From Pseudomonas aeruginosa (GTDB taxonomy: Bacteria > Pseudomonadota > Gammaproteobacteria > Pseudomonadales > Pseudomonadaceae), in assembly GCF_001457615.1 (NCBI RefSeq), contig NZ_LN831024.1, positions 1,290,001 through 1,322,000 on the forward strand: a stretch of DNA of 32,000 nt, in the 5' to 3' direction. This document shows positions 1 through 11,243 of the stretch, one piece after another. The stretch's first letter is position 1, and each line of letters begins with the position of its first letter. Both the position numbers and the translations under genes were made by a program. Below the pieces are notes generated by a model that ran no database searches, was not told the DNA's origin, and was given only the letters and a program-made list of their open reading frames with translations.

Positions 1-1
1 C

Positions 2-184
2 GAGGCGCTGTGCGATCTCGCTGGCGCGACCGGCGCCGGCTACTGCCCGATCTCGCTGGACCTGCTTCCGGGCTACCTGGCCATCGACGGCTTTCATCCG
101 TCGCAGCTGGGCTACCAGGTCTGGGCCGGGGCCCTCGCCGACTGGTTGGCGGCGAGGGAGAAGGGCGGCGTCGCGGTAGTCTGA
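2..184 (+). CDS. C-terminal fragment of a GDSL/SGNH-type lipase/esterase (truncated at window start)
   Basis: Frame 2 is open from the window edge to TGA at 182-184: ...CPISLDLLPGYLAIDGFHPSQLGYQVWAGALADWLAAREKGGVAVV*. The 'DGFHPSQLGY' motif is the typical C-terminal D-x-x-H block of SGNH hydrolases. Confidence 0.75.
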   Translation, partial: EALCDLAGATGAGYCPISLDLLPGYLAIDGFHPSQLGYQVWAGALADWLAAREKGGVAVV

Positions 185-191
185 GCGAGAC

Positions 192-1505
192 TCAGGACAC
201 TGCGCCGAGGTCGTTGTCGCGGGTTTCCTTCAGGCACAGCACCGCCAGCAGGCTGAGCAGCGCCGCTGCGGAGACGTAGCCGCCGACCCAGCCCAGGCCG
301 CCGATGCCGACCAGCTTCTGGGCGATATAGGGCGCCACCGAGGCGCCGAGAATGCCGCCCAGGTTGTAGGCCGCCGACGCGCCGGTGTAGCGCACGTGGG
401 TGGGGAATATTTCCGGCAGCAGCGCGCCCATCGGGGCGAAGGTGACCCCCATCAGGAACAGCTCGATGCAGAGGAACAGGGCGACGCTGAACGTCGAGCC
501 CTGGCTGAGCAGCGGCTCCATGGCGAAGCCGGAGGCGATCGCCGCCAGGCTGCCGAGCAGCAGTACCGGCTTGCGTCCGAAGCGGTCGCTGAGCCAGGCC
601 GACAGCGGCGTGGCGGCGGCCATGAAGAGCACCGCGAGGCACAGCAGACCAAGGAACTCCTCGCGGCTGAAGCCGAGGCTGGCCACCCCGTAGCTCAGCG
701 AGAACACCGTGGAGATATAGAACAGCGCATAACACACCACCATCGCCAGGGCGCCGAGCAGGGTCGGCCGCCAGTGCTGGGCGAACAGCTCGGCGATCGG
801 CAGGCGGACCCTCTCGTGCTTGGCCATGGCCTTGGCGAACACCGGGGTTTCCGCCAGCTTCAGGCGTACGTAGAGGCCGACCACAACCAGCGCCGCGCTG
901 AGCAGGAACGGGATCCGCCAGCCCCACTCACGGAACTGCTCCTCGCTGAGCAGCATCGCCAGGGCCAGGAACAGGCCGTTGGCGGCGAGGAAGCCGATCG
1001 ACGGGCCGAGCTGGGGAAACATGCCGAACCAGGCGCGCTTGCCGGCCGGCGCGTTCTCCGTGGCCAGCAGCGCGGCGCCGCCCCACTCGCCGCCGAGGCC
1101 GAGGCCCTGGCCGAAGCGCAGCACGCAGAGCAGCAACGGCGCCCAGTAGCCGATGCTGTCGTAGCCGGGGAGGACGCCGATCAGGGTGGTGGACACCCCC
1201 ATCAGCAGCAGCGAGGCGACCAGGGTCGACTTGCGCCCGATGCGGTCGCCGAAGTGGCCGAACAGCGCCGAGCCCAGCGGACGGGCGAGGAAGGCGATGC
1301 CGAAGGTGAGGAAGGCGCTGAGCATCTGCGCGGTGCCGGATGTCTGCGGGAAGAATACCGGACCGATCACCAGGGCGGCGGCAGTGGCATAGACGTAGAA
1401 ATCGTAGAACTCGATGGCGGTGCCGATGAAGCTGGCGACTGCGACCCGGGTGGTCGAGTTGGCCGGTTCCGGAGCGGCGTCGGCGGCGAGGGTGGCGGCG
1501 GTCAT
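192..1505 (-). CDS. MFS transporter, metabolite:H+ symporter (MHS) family
   Basis: 437 aa ORF; 'FIGTAIEFYDFYVYATAAALVIGPVFFP', 'FGHFGDRIGRKSTL' and 'RFGQGLGLGGEWGGAALLATENAP' are hallmark MHS-family motifs; multiple hydrophobic segments. Confidence 0.93.
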   Translation of the reverse strand: MTAATLAADAAPEPANSTTRVAVASFIGTAIEFYDFYVYATAAALVIGPVFFPQTSGTAQMLSAFLTFGIAFLARPLGSALFGHFGDRIGRKSTLVASLLLMGVSTTLIGVLPGYDSIGYWAPLLLCVLRFGQGLGLGGEWGGAALLATENAPAGKRAWFGMFPQLGPSIGFLAANGLFLALAMLLSEEQFREWGWRIPFLLSAALVVVGLYVRLKLAETPVFAKAMAKHERVRLPIAELFAQHWRPTLLGALAMVVCYALFYISTVFSLSYGVASLGFSREEFLGLLCLAVLFMAAATPLSAWLSDRFGRKPVLLLGSLAAIASGFAMEPLLSQGSTFSVALFLCIELFLMGVTFAPMGALLPEIFPTHVRYTGASAAYNLGGILGASVAPYIAQKLVGIGGLGWVGGYVSAAALLSLLAVLCLKETRDNDLGAVS

Positions 1506-1808
1506 GGTGGGAAGGTCCCTGGCAGTCGGGGCACGACGGAGTGCTTCCGTGCGGCCGGATGGTTATGGCCAGTGCGCCGATGCGGCGGCGCGGCGCCCGG
1601 GTGGGGCGGACGAGATCGGTCGCGCAGGGAGGATGGGGCTGCGCGCCGTGCGCCGGCTGGTACCGTCGGCATCGGGGCCGGGCGGGCAGGCGGGACTGGC
1701 GGGTGACTGGCCGGGGCTCGGGCTGCGGGTAGCGGCGGAACCGGCGGCAGGGCTGGATAAGCTGGGGTCGATTATAGAGCGCCGCGGGGCCGGTTCGGCA
1801 ATCCCGGA

Positions 1809-3101
1809 TCAGACGCTGGCGTCGCTTTCGACCAGCGGGGTCAGCGCGCGAGGATGCCAGGCGCGCACGCTTTTCACACGGTTTTCCGCCGACTGCTGGA
1901 TTTCCAGGCAGTAGGGGCCGATGCGCAGGCACACCGCGCAATCGGGGATCTGCTCCAGGGCTTCGGTGACCAGGCCGTTGAGGGTCTTCGGGCCGTCGCA
2001 GGGCAATTGCCAGCCAAGCGACTTGTTCAGCTCGCGCAGGTTGGCGCTGCCGTCGATGACGAAGCTGCCGTCCTCCTGGGCCTGGATATCCGGGTTGTCG
2101 AGGCTGTCGAGGTCGTTGAAGTCGCCGACGATCTCTTCGAGGATGTCCTCCAGCGTGACGATGCCGATCACCTCGCCATATTCGTCGACCACCACGCCGA
2201 TACGGCGCTTCTCCTTCTGGAAGTTCACCAACTGGGTCGACAGCGGCGTGCTTTCCGGCACGAAATACGGCTCCATGCAGGCCTGGCGGAGATTCTCCTT
2301 GGTCAGGCGGCCCTGGGTCAGCAGGCGCGCGATCTGGCGCATGTGCACGACCCCTTCGATCTGGTTGACGTCGTCGCGGTAGACCGGCAGGCGGGTGTGG
2401 CTGGTGGTGCGCAACTGCTCGACGATGACCTCGAGTTCGTCGTCGAGGTCGATGCCTTCGATTTCGTTGCGCGGGATCATCAGGTCGTTGACCGTGACCT
2501 TCTCCAGGTCCAGCAGGCCGAGCAGCATGTCATGCCGGTTGACCTCGCTGGCCTGGGGATTGTCGGCCGGATGCAGGGCCTCTTCGTCGCGGCTGCGTCC
2601 GCTGTCGTCCTGTTCCGCCGCGGCGACGCCGAGCAGGCGCAGCAGCGCGTTGCTCAGCAGGGTCAGCAGCCACAGCAGGGGCCAGCACAGGCGCTGCAGG
2701 ATCAGGAGCGGCAGGCTGAGCGGCAGGGCGACGCGTTCCGAGCGAAGGGCGCCGTAGCGGCGCGGCAGCAGGGCGCCGAACAGCAGCAGGAGCAGGGTCA
2801 TGCCGGGGATGGCGACGGCCAGGCCGATGACGCCCCAGTGGCGCAGCGCGGCCCAACTGGCCAGGGCGGCGGCGCTGACGTTGACCAGGGTGCGGCCGAA
2901 CAACAGGGTGCCGCGCAGGCGGTCGTCGTGCAGCAGCAGCCAACTGCTGCGCCGGGCCCCGCGCAGGCCTTGCTTGGCCTGCAGGCGCAGGCGGTAACGG
3001 TCGAGGTTGAGCAGGGCGGTCTCGACGCAGGAGAAGAACGCCGAGCAGGCGACCAGGAGAACCAGCAGGCCGACCAGGTACCCGGGGTGCAGCTCATCCA
3101 T
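1809..3101 (-). CDS. CNNM/DUF21 - CBS pair - CorC_HlyC domain protein (HlyC/CorC family transporter)
   Basis: 430 aa; N-terminal DUF21-like membrane region 'CSAFFSCVETALLNLDRYRL', CBS region 'VNDLMIPRNEIEGIDLDD...TSHTRLPVYRDDVNQIEGVVHMR', C-terminal CorC-like 'GSANLRELNKSLGW'. Confidence 0.92.
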   Translation of the reverse strand: MDELHPGYLVGLLVLLVACSAFFSCVETALLNLDRYRLRLQAKQGLRGARRSSWLLLHDDRLRGTLLFGRTLVNVSAAALASWAALRHWGVIGLAVAIPGMTLLLLLFGALLPRRYGALRSERVALPLSLPLLILQRLCWPLLWLLTLLSNALLRLLGVAAAEQDDSGRSRDEEALHPADNPQASEVNRHDMLLGLLDLEKVTVNDLMIPRNEIEGIDLDDELEVIVEQLRTTSHTRLPVYRDDVNQIEGVVHMRQIARLLTQGRLTKENLRQACMEPYFVPESTPLSTQLVNFQKEKRRIGVVVDEYGEVIGIVTLEDILEEIVGDFNDLDSLDNPDIQAQEDGSFVIDGSANLRELNKSLGWQLPCDGPKTLNGLVTEALEQIPDCAVCLRIGPYCLEIQQSAENRVKSVRAWHPRALTPLVESDASV

Positions 3102-3113
3102 GAAGGAGGCCCA

Positions 3114-3914
3114 TCAGATGTGCAGGATGAATTCCCGCACCAGCTTGCTGCCGAAGTACGCCAACATCAACAGGCAGAAACCGGCCAGGGTCCAGCGGAT
3201 CGCCTTGTGGCCCCGCCAGCCGAGCTGGTGGCGACCCCAGAGGAGCACGGCGAAGACCACCCAGGCGAAGCAGGACAGGATGGTCTTGTGCGCCAGGTGC
3301 TGGGCGAACAGGTTGTCGACGAACAGCCATCCGGACAGCAGCGACAGCGAAAGCAGCGACCAGCCGCCCCAGAGGAAGCCGAACAGCAGGCTTTCCATGG
3401 TTTGCAGGGGCGGGAAGTTGCGGATCAGCCCGGACGGATGCTTGTGCTTGAGGCGGTAGTCCTGGAGCAGCAGCAAGAGCGCCTGGAACACCGCGATGGT
3501 GAGCAGGCCGTAGGCCAGGATCGAGAGCAGGATGTGGGCCAGAATGCCTGGCTGTTCGTTGATCGGCTCGACGGTGCCGTGGGGGATGAGTACCGCCAGC
3601 AGGGTGGTGAGGGCACCCAGCGGGAATAGAAGGAGGAGCAGGTTCTCCACCGGTATCCGCAAGGTCGCCAGCAGGGTCAGGAGAATTACCGCGGCGGCGA
3701 TCAGGCTGGCGGCGTTGAAGAAGTCCAGCACCAGGCCGGCCGGGGTCAGCAATTGCTGGTAGAGGCTGAAGGCGTGGGCGACCAGTGCCAGGAGTCCGAA
3801 CAGGAGCAGCAGGGGTTTGCCCGGCGCGGTGCGCTTGGACACACAGGCACCCTGGTAGGCGGCGGTGCCGAGATAGAGAACAGCAGCGATGAGGCTGGGC
3901 AGCAGGGGATGCAT
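3114..3914 (-). CDS. Cytochrome c assembly (CcsA/YpjD-like) integral membrane protein
   Basis: ORF track 3114..4049; preferred start at CAT 3912-3914 (MHPLLPSLIAAVLYLGTAAYQG...). Contains 'HGTVEPINEQPGILAHILLSILAYGLLTIA' and 'LWGGWSLLSLSLLSGW...HKTILSCFAWVVFAVLLWGRHQLGWRG', typical of YpjD/CcsA proteins encoded upstream of ffh. Confidence 0.88.
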   Translation of the reverse strand: MHPLLPSLIAAVLYLGTAAYQGACVSKRTAPGKPLLLLFGLLALVAHAFSLYQQLLTPAGLVLDFFNAASLIAAAVILLTLLATLRIPVENLLLLLFPLGALTTLLAVLIPHGTVEPINEQPGILAHILLSILAYGLLTIAVFQALLLLLQDYRLKHKHPSGLIRNFPPLQTMESLLFGFLWGGWSLLSLSLLSGWLFVDNLFAQHLAHKTILSCFAWVVFAVLLWGRHQLGWRGHKAIRWTLAGFCLLMLAYFGSKLVREFILHI

Positions 3915-4172
3915 AAGTCCTTGTAATCGCGGGCCCGAAAGGATGGGAGTTTGGCATAGATCGAGCGTCGCGAGAAAGCCGTTGCGAACAGTTCTCTCGT
4001 ACCTGTGGCCGGGTTGGCGGACCGCCTGCCGCGGGCGCCGCGACCTCATGGTCCGGCGGTCGCTTCGGCAAAGACGGAACGCATCGGCAAATCAAGGACT
4101 TGAGGCTGGCCTCCGGTCGTCGCCGGACACACACTCCGTCTTTCATCGCGTGTCCCGCGACGCGCTCTTGGT

Positions 4173-4178
4173 TATAAT
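4173..4178 (+). promoter_or_regulatory. Candidate -10 element (TATAAT) for ffh
   Basis: Perfect TATAAT in 'GCTCTTGGTTATAATCCGCC' about 37 nt upstream of the ffh ATG; no good -35 hexamer recognised. Confidence 0.45.
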
Positions 4179-4214
4179 CCGCCGCTTGCCGCAACCCCCG
4201 TGGAAGGATCGCGC

Positions 4215-5588
<1,374 letters not shown>

Positions 5589-5698
5589 TCGGACGCGCGG
5601 CCGCTGGCCACGCCGACGGTTTCGCGCCGTCGGCCGGCGGGCGGACCGTGTGCTTCCCGCGCTCTCCGCGCCGGCCGATGGGTGGCCGAAAAAGAGAT

Positions 5699-5726
5699 TT
5701 GCAAATTCCCCGATAATCCTTAGAAT
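5699..5726 (+). promoter_or_regulatory. Candidate sigma70 promoter of the rpsP-rimM-trmD-rplS operon
   Basis: TTGCAA (5699-5704), 16-bp spacer, TAGAAT (5721-5726), about 70 nt upstream of rpsP. Confidence 0.6.
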
Positions 5727-5797
5727 ATGCGGCCTTTCGGGCCGTGGGCCCAGCGTGCATTCATTTTGCAAGCACCGACTACAGGAACGAAGTTCAC

Positions 5798-6049
5798 ATG
5801 GTAACCATCCGTCTTGCTCGTGGCGGCTCCAAAAAGCGCCCCTTCTACCACCTGACCGTGACCAACAGCCGCAATGCGCGCGATGGTCGCTTCGTCGAGC
5901 GCATCGGTTTCTTCAACCCGGTTGCGACTGGTGGCGAAGTGCGTCTGTCCGTCGACCAGGAGCGTGCTACCTACTGGCTCGGCCAGGGTGCACAGCCGTC
6001 TGAGCGCGTTGCTCAGCTGCTCAAGGACGCTGCCAAGGCAAACGCCTAA
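5798..6049 (+). CDS. rpsP: 30S ribosomal protein S16
   Basis: [78 protein letters not shown]; start at ATG 5798. Confidence 0.98.
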   Translation: MVTIRLARGGSKKRPFYHLTVTNSRNARDGRFVERIGFFNPVATGGEVRLSVDQERATYWLGQGAQPSERVAQLLKDAAKANA

Positions 6050-6055
6050 GCCGTC

Positions 6056-6592
6056 ATGAGTGAAATGCCGACACCCGCCGACGACCTGGTCGTGATCGGC
6101 AAGATCGTTTCGGTGTACGGCATCCGCGGTGAGGTGAAGGTGTATTCCTTTACCGACCCGTTGGACAACCTGCTGGACTATCGCCGCTGGACGCTCCGGC
6201 GCGACGGCGAGATTCGGCAGGCCGAGCTGGTCAGGGGGCGCCTGCATGGCAAGGTCCTGGCCGCCAAGCTCAAGGGGCTCGACGATCGCGAAGAGGCCCG
6301 CACCTTCACCGGTTACGAGATCTGCATCCCGCGTAGCGAGTTGCCCTCTCTCGAGGAAGGTGAGTACTACTGGCACCAGCTGGAAGGCCTGAAGGTGATC
6401 GACCAGGGCGGGCAGTTGCTCGGCGTGATCGACCATCTGCTGGAAACCGGTGCCAACGATGTCATGGTGGTCAAGCCCTGCGCGGGCAGCCTGGACGACC
6501 GCGAGCGCCTGTTGCCCTACACCGGGCAGTGCGTGCTGTCGATCGACCTGGCCGCTGGCGAGATGCGGGTGGACTGGGACGCGGACTTCTGA
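6056..6592 (+). CDS. rimM: 16S rRNA processing protein RimM
   Basis: 'VVIGKIVSVYGIRGEVKVYSFTDP', 'EEGEYYWHQLEGLKVI'; position between rpsP and trmD. An alternative start MPTPADD lies 9 nt downstream (6065). Confidence 0.96.
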   Translation: MSEMPTPADDLVVIGKIVSVYGIRGEVKVYSFTDPLDNLLDYRRWTLRRDGEIRQAELVRGRLHGKVLAAKLKGLDDREEARTFTGYEICIPRSELPSLEEGEYYWHQLEGLKVIDQGGQLLGVIDHLLETGANDVMVVKPCAGSLDDRERLLPYTGQCVLSIDLAAGEMRVDWDADF

Positions 6593-6598
6593 TCATCC

Positions 6599-7357
6599 AT
6601 GGACAAGCGTTTGTGGGTGGGCGTCGTCAGCATCTTTCCGGAGATGTTCCGCGCGATCAGTGACTATGGCATCACCAGCCGTGCGGTAAAGCAGGGGTTG
6701 CTCACGCTGACCTGCTGGAATCCACGGGACTACACCGAGGACCGCCACCAGACGGTGGACGACCGGCCCTTCGGCGGTGGCCCTGGCATGGTGATGAAGA
6801 TCAAGCCTCTGGAGGGCGCGCTGGCGGATGCCAGGCAAGCCGCCGGGGGCAGGAAGGCGAAGGTGATCTACCTTTCGCCGCAAGGCCGCCAGCTGACGCA
6901 GGCGGGCGTACGCGAACTGGCCGAAGAGGAAGCGTTGATCCTCATCGCCGGGCGCTACGAAGGCATCGACGAGCGCTTCATCGAAGAGCACGTCGATGAA
7001 GAATGGTCGATCGGCGATTATGTCCTGTCCGGCGGTGAGTTGCCGGCCATGGTGCTGGTCGATGCAGTGACGCGGTTGCTGCCCGGTGCATTGGGTCATG
7101 CAGATTCCGCCGAGGAGGACTCCTTCACGGATGGCCTGCTCGACTGCCCGCACTACACCCGACCCGAGGTGTACGCGGACAAACGTGTTCCTGAAGTGTT
7201 GCTCAGTGGCAACCATGAACACATCCGGCGTTGGCGTTTGCAGCAGGCCCTTGGGCGGACCTGGGAACGACGCGCCGATCTTCTGGATAGCCGCTCGCTT
7301 TCTGGAGAAGAGCAGAAGCTGCTGGCGGAATATATCCGTCAGCGGGACGATAGTTAA
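6599..7357 (+). CDS. trmD: tRNA (guanine-N1)-methyltransferase TrmD
   Basis: '[27 protein letters not shown]', '[18 protein letters not shown]', '[14 protein letters not shown]', '[31 protein letters not shown]'. Confidence 0.98.
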   Translation: MDKRLWVGVVSIFPEMFRAISDYGITSRAVKQGLLTLTCWNPRDYTEDRHQTVDDRPFGGGPGMVMKIKPLEGALADARQAAGGRKAKVIYLSPQGRQLTQAGVRELAEEEALILIAGRYEGIDERFIEEHVDEEWSIGDYVLSGGELPAMVLVDAVTRLLPGALGHADSAEEDSFTDGLLDCPHYTRPEVYADKRVPEVLLSGNHEHIRRWRLQQALGRTWERRADLLDSRSLSGEEQKLLAEYIRQRDDS

Positions 7358-7398
7358 CGTATCGATGGCTGGCCGATTGCCGGTCTTAGGAGCACAGC

Positions 7399-7749
7399 AT
7401 GACCAACAAGATCATTCAGCAGATCGAAGCTGAACAGATGAACAAAGAGATCCCGGCGTTCGCCCCCGGCGATACCGTGATCGTCCAGGTCAAGGTGAAG
7501 GAAGGCGACCGTCAGCGTCTGCAGGCCTTCGAAGGCGTCGTTATCGCCAAGCGCAACCGTGGCCTGAACAGCGCCTTCACCGTGCGCAAGATCTCCAACG
7601 GCGTGGGCGTGGAACGTACCTTCCAGACCTACAGCCCGATCGTCGACAGCCTGAGCGTCAAGCGTCGCGGCGACGTGCGCAAGGCCAAGCTGTACTACCT
7701 CCGCGCCCTGTCCGGCAAGGCCGCGCGCATCAAGGAAAAACTGGTCTAA
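7399..7749 (+). CDS. rplS: 50S ribosomal protein L19
   Basis: '[91 protein letters not shown]'. Confidence 0.98.
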
Positions 7750-7766
7750 TCCGGTTCTTCTCCGAG

Positions 7767-7792
7767 AAAAGCAGCCCGAGGGCTGCTTTTTT
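7767..7792 (+). terminator. Rho-independent terminator after rplS
   Basis: AAAAGCAGCCC-GAG-GGCTGCTTTTTT: perfect stem followed by a T tract. Confidence 0.92.
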
Positions 7793-7900
7793 CATGTCTG
7801 GCGTTCGCCTTTCCGGCGGCGCTTCCTACTGCCCACGGCAGCGCATAACCAGTACAACATCCGCGGCACCCAGGCAGCCACTCCATCCGGTATTCGTGGC

Positions 7901-8326
7901 ATGACCCCCAGAGAGCAAGAAATCCTGCGTCGCACCGAGCTTTCCGAAACCCGTGTGACCAAGGCGGTATTCCCGCCCACCACCAATCACCACAACACCC
8001 TGTTCGGCGGGACTGCGCTGGCCTGGATGGACGAGGTCTCGTTCATCACCGCGACCCGTTTCTGCCGCCTGCCGCTGGTGACCGTTTCCACCGATCGCAT
8101 CGACTTCAACCACCCGATCCCGGCGGGCTCGATCGTCGAACTGGTCGGACGGGTGGTCAAGGTCGGCAACACCAGCCTCAAGGTGGAGGTCGAGGTGTAC
8201 CTGGAAAGCATGTACGCCGACGGTCGCGAGAAGGCCATACACGGCCTGTTCAGCTTCGTTGCCATCGACGACGAAAAGCGGCCGGTTCCGGTCCTGCCGG
8301 GGTTCCCGGCCAGCCAGGCGGCTTGA
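7901..8326 (+). CDS. Hotdog-fold acyl-CoA thioesterase (YciA/ACOT-like)
   Basis: 141 aa: 'PPTTNHHNTLFGGTALAWMDEVSFITATRFCRLPLVTVSTDRIDFNHPIPAGSIVELVGRVVKVGNTSLKVEVEVY', matching the HotDog_ACOT pattern. Confidence 0.92.
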   Translation: MTPREQEILRRTELSETRVTKAVFPPTTNHHNTLFGGTALAWMDEVSFITATRFCRLPLVTVSTDRIDFNHPIPAGSIVELVGRVVKVGNTSLKVEVEVYLESMYADGREKAIHGLFSFVAIDDEKRPVPVLPGFPASQAA

Positions 8327-8337
8327 GACAGGCGGAA

Positions 8338-8362
8338 AGAAGGCACCCACGGGTGCCTTTTC
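8338..8362 (+). terminator. Rho-independent terminator after the thioesterase gene
   Basis: AAGGCACCC-AC-GGGTGCCTTTT hairpin with a short T run. Confidence 0.75.
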
Positions 8363-8395
8363 CATATCCCCGGACGATCCGGCCCTGGGTTGGGA

Positions 8396-9082
8396 TCAGG
8401 GCCGCAGGCTGATCTTCAGGGAGGCCTGGGACAGGTCGATCTGTTGCAGGCTGACGCTGCCGAACGTCTGCTCGCGCGGCGCGCCGGCAATGCGAATATT
8501 GTCGAAGCGCACCTCGCCGATACTGCTCGGCAGGCGCAGGTTGACCGAGCCGTCGGGGTTGAGCGTGCTTTGCGTCTTGCCGGTTTCGTAGCGAACGTCG
8601 CTCATCGAGGTTTCCGCCTCCAGGCTGTCGAGCATCGGCATCACCAGCTTCGCCAGTTGCTTCACCGCGGCCAGTCCGTCGCCGCCCTCGGCCTTCAGGA
8701 ACAGGCCCTCGAGGCTTTCGTTGAGGCCCTGGGCGTTGACGTTGCTCATCTCGACGTCGGTCAGCGGACGCAGGTTCTTCGGCAGTTCCTGGCGGCTCAT
8801 GGCCGCTGGCGGCTGCATACGCTGGATGTCGGCGCTGGCCATCTGGAACGGACTGAGCAGGGCGGCGACCAGGGTCGCGGCCAGGCGCAGGTTGGTCTGC
8901 TTCTTCAGCGCCTTCTTCAGTTGCCGTTCGCTCAGCAGGCCCTGCTCGATCAGGGTTTCGCCCAGGCGCTTGTGGTTGCTCAACTGCGCCTGGATCGCGG
9001 CGTCCAGTTGGGCGGCGCTAATCAGCCCCTTGTTGATCAGGATCTGGCCCAGGCGGGAATGTTGTTGATTGGACATGGTCAT
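8396..9082 (-). CDS. Hypothetical membrane/secreted protein with tandem MshEN/GspE-N-like helical motifs
   Basis: ORF track 8396..9118; likely start MTMSNQQ (9082) or MSNQQ (9076). N-terminus 'LGQILINKGLISAAQLDAAIQAQLSNHKRLGETLIEQGLLSERQLKKALKKQ', then a hydrophobic segment 'LRLAATLVAALLSPFQMASA' and a C-terminal domain of unknown function. Confidence 0.75.
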   Translation of the reverse strand: MTMSNQQHSRLGQILINKGLISAAQLDAAIQAQLSNHKRLGETLIEQGLLSERQLKKALKKQTNLRLAATLVAALLSPFQMASADIQRMQPPAAMSRQELPKNLRPLTDVEMSNVNAQGLNESLEGLFLKAEGGDGLAAVKQLAKLVMPMLDSLEAETSMSDVRYETGKTQSTLNPDGSVNLRLPSSIGEVRFDNIRIAGAPREQTFGSVSLQQIDLSQASLKISLRP

Positions 9083-9193
9083 GGCCTGATGAAAAAAGAG
9101 GATGATGGCTAGATGCAATCATCCTCTTCGTGGGCTTCGTTTGTCACCCAACCTTGGATAGGGTGACGACGGTCTTCGTCGGTTCGTTGAAGT

Positions 9194-11029
9194 CTAGTCG
9201 GCGATTTCCGTAGCCTGCGACTTGCTGACTGACGGTTCCGCGTCGATCAGCGACAGCAGCGTCCAGCCGGTGCCCGGCGCCAGCGTGGACTGTGGCGTGG
9301 CGACGTGCATCCTGCCGTTCGGATCGCGGGCGAACAGCAGGATCGCGGACTCGCCGTGCAGCGCCTGGTAGTCGTTCCAGCCGAAGGTGTCGGTGAGCAG
9401 GGTGGTGCGGATTTCGGCGCCGCGCGACAGCAGGCTGGCGAACTGCGCGTAGGTCAGCGGTCGCTGGCCAAGCGGACGGCCACGGTGTTCGTCGCTGGAG
9501 CGGTGCTTGTCGGTACGCTTGGCTTCCTGGCTGGTCGGCAGGCCGAACAGCTGGCGATGGCCGAACTCGTGGCGGAAGCGCATGGCCGCCAGGGTATTCA
9601 GCTCGCCGGCTGGAGAAACCCCCAGCAAATGCCCGATGCCGACCAGGTCGAGGTGGGCTTCGGCGTGCTGCGAGGTGGGATTGCCGAAATAGGTGGGCAG
9701 GTTGTCCATGCGGGCGGCGCGGATGTTTTCCCAGCTCGAATCAGTCAGCAGCACGCGGCTGCCGAGGCTCTTCAGGGCCTTGCCGATGGCGCGCCCGACC
9801 GGATTGGCGCCGACGATCAGGTAGCCGCTGGGCGAGGGCTCGGCGACCTTCAGCAGGCGCGCCAGGGGGCGGGCGGTGGCGCTTTGCAGGACCACCGTGC
9901 CGATGATCACCAGAAAGGTCAGCGGCACCAGCAGCGCCGCCTGGGCATGGCCTTCGGCGCTCAGGCGGATGGCGAAGATCGCCGAGACCGCCGCGGCGAC
10001 GATCCCGCGCGGGGCGATCCAGCTGAGCAGGGCGCGCTCGCGCCAGCTCAGCGGCGAACCCCAGGTCGACAGCGCCACGTTCAGCGGCCGGGCGACGAAC
10101 TGGATCAGCAGCAGCACCAGCAGCGCCGCCGGGCCCAGGCCGAGCAGGGCATTGATGTCCAGGCGCGCGGCCAGGAGGATGAACAGGCCGGAAATCAGCA
10201 GGACGCTGAGGTTTTCCTTGAAGTGCAGGATCTGCCGTACGTCGACGCCCTTCATGTTGGCCAGGCCCATGCCCATCAGGGTGACGGCGAGCAGCCCGGA
10301 TTCGTGCATCACCCGGTTCGAGGCGATGAATACGCCCAGCACCGCGGCCAGCGTCGCCAGGTTGTGCAGGTAGTCCGGCAGCCAGTGGCGGCGCAGGACG
10401 ATGCCCAGCGCCCAGCCGCCGAGGATGCCGAACAGGCTGCCGCAGAGGATCACTCCACCGAAGGTCTGCAGGCTGTGTAGCCAGCCATCGCCTTCGCCGC
10501 TGGAGATGATGAAGCTGTACACCACTACCGCCAGCAGGGCGCCGATGGGATCGATGACGATACCTTCCCAGCGCAGGATGTTCGCCACCGCGGCCTTGGG
10601 CCGGACCACCCGCAGCATCGGAACGATCACCGTGGGCCCGGTGACCAGGGTCAGGGTGCCGAACAGCAGGGCCATTTCCCAGCTGAAGTCGAGCAGGTAG
10701 TGGGCGGCCAGGGCGATCACGCCCCAGGTCGAGAGCGCGCCGATGGTCACCATTCGGTGCACCACGGTGCCGATTTCCTTCCATTCGCTGAAATGCAGGG
10801 TCAGGCTGCCCTCGAAGAGGATCAGCGCCACTGCCAGGGATACCAGTGGGAACAGCAGGGGGCCGAACATCTCGTCCGGATCGAGCCAGCCGAGTAGCGG
10901 GCCGGCGACGATCCCGGACAGCAGCAGGAAAAGAATGGCTGGCAGGCGCAGGCGCCAGGCCAGCCATTGACTGAGCAGGGCGGCGGCACCGATGCCGCCG
11001 AGGGCGAGCAGGATAGCGTTCTGGTCCAT
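9194..11029 (-). CDS. CPA1-type Na+(K+)/H+ antiporter with C-terminal RCK/TrkA-N-like domain
   Basis: Start set at MDQNAILLALGGIGAAALLSQWLAWRLRLPAILFLLLSGIVAGP; 'LGTLTLVTGPTVIVPMLR', 'WIAPRGIVAAAVSAIFA'; C-terminal 'YLIVGANPVGRAIGKALKSLGSRVLLTDSS' resembles a nucleotide-binding RCK domain. Confidence 0.9.
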   Translation of the reverse strand: MDQNAILLALGGIGAAALLSQWLAWRLRLPAILFLLLSGIVAGPLLGWLDPDEMFGPLLFPLVSLAVALILFEGSLTLHFSEWKEIGTVVHRMVTIGALSTWGVIALAAHYLLDFSWEMALLFGTLTLVTGPTVIVPMLRVVRPKAAVANILRWEGIVIDPIGALLAVVVYSFIISSGEGDGWLHSLQTFGGVILCGSLFGILGGWALGIVLRRHWLPDYLHNLATLAAVLGVFIASNRVMHESGLLAVTLMGMGLANMKGVDVRQILHFKENLSVLLISGLFILLAARLDINALLGLGPAALLVLLLIQFVARPLNVALSTWGSPLSWRERALLSWIAPRGIVAAAVSAIFAIRLSAEGHAQAALLVPLTFLVIIGTVVLQSATARPLARLLKVAEPSPSGYLIVGANPVGRAIGKALKSLGSRVLLTDSSWENIRAARMDNLPTYFGNPTSQHAEAHLDLVGIGHLLGVSPAGELNTLAAMRFRHEFGHRQLFGLPTSQEAKRTDKHRSSDEHRGRPLGQRPLTYAQFASLLSRGAEIRTTLLTDTFGWNDYQALHGESAILLFARDPNGRMHVATPQSTLAPGTGWTLLSLIDAEPSVSKSQATEIAD

Positions 11030-11243
11030 CGAGGATTCCTTGTCAGCGTCGCTCCGCTCGTCCTGAGCCGGGGCGAACCATCGAGCCACATGGCTCCGCT
11101 TTTTCCCGCGGGCACGGGAAGCCGGCCGACCTCCTGTCGACCGGCCTGACTAACCATTACGTGGCGATGACGGCCAACGCTCGCGATAGCGCCCAGGCTA
11201 TGAAAGACTAGCCGCGCTTTCATTTGGTTCGCAGCCTTCATCC

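Noticed and set aside
9143-9167. Inverted repeat GTCACCC...GGGTGAC considered as terminator of the antiporter gene
   Set aside because: The stem is only 7 bp with an 11-nt loop and no clear T tract on the minus strand; too weak to call.
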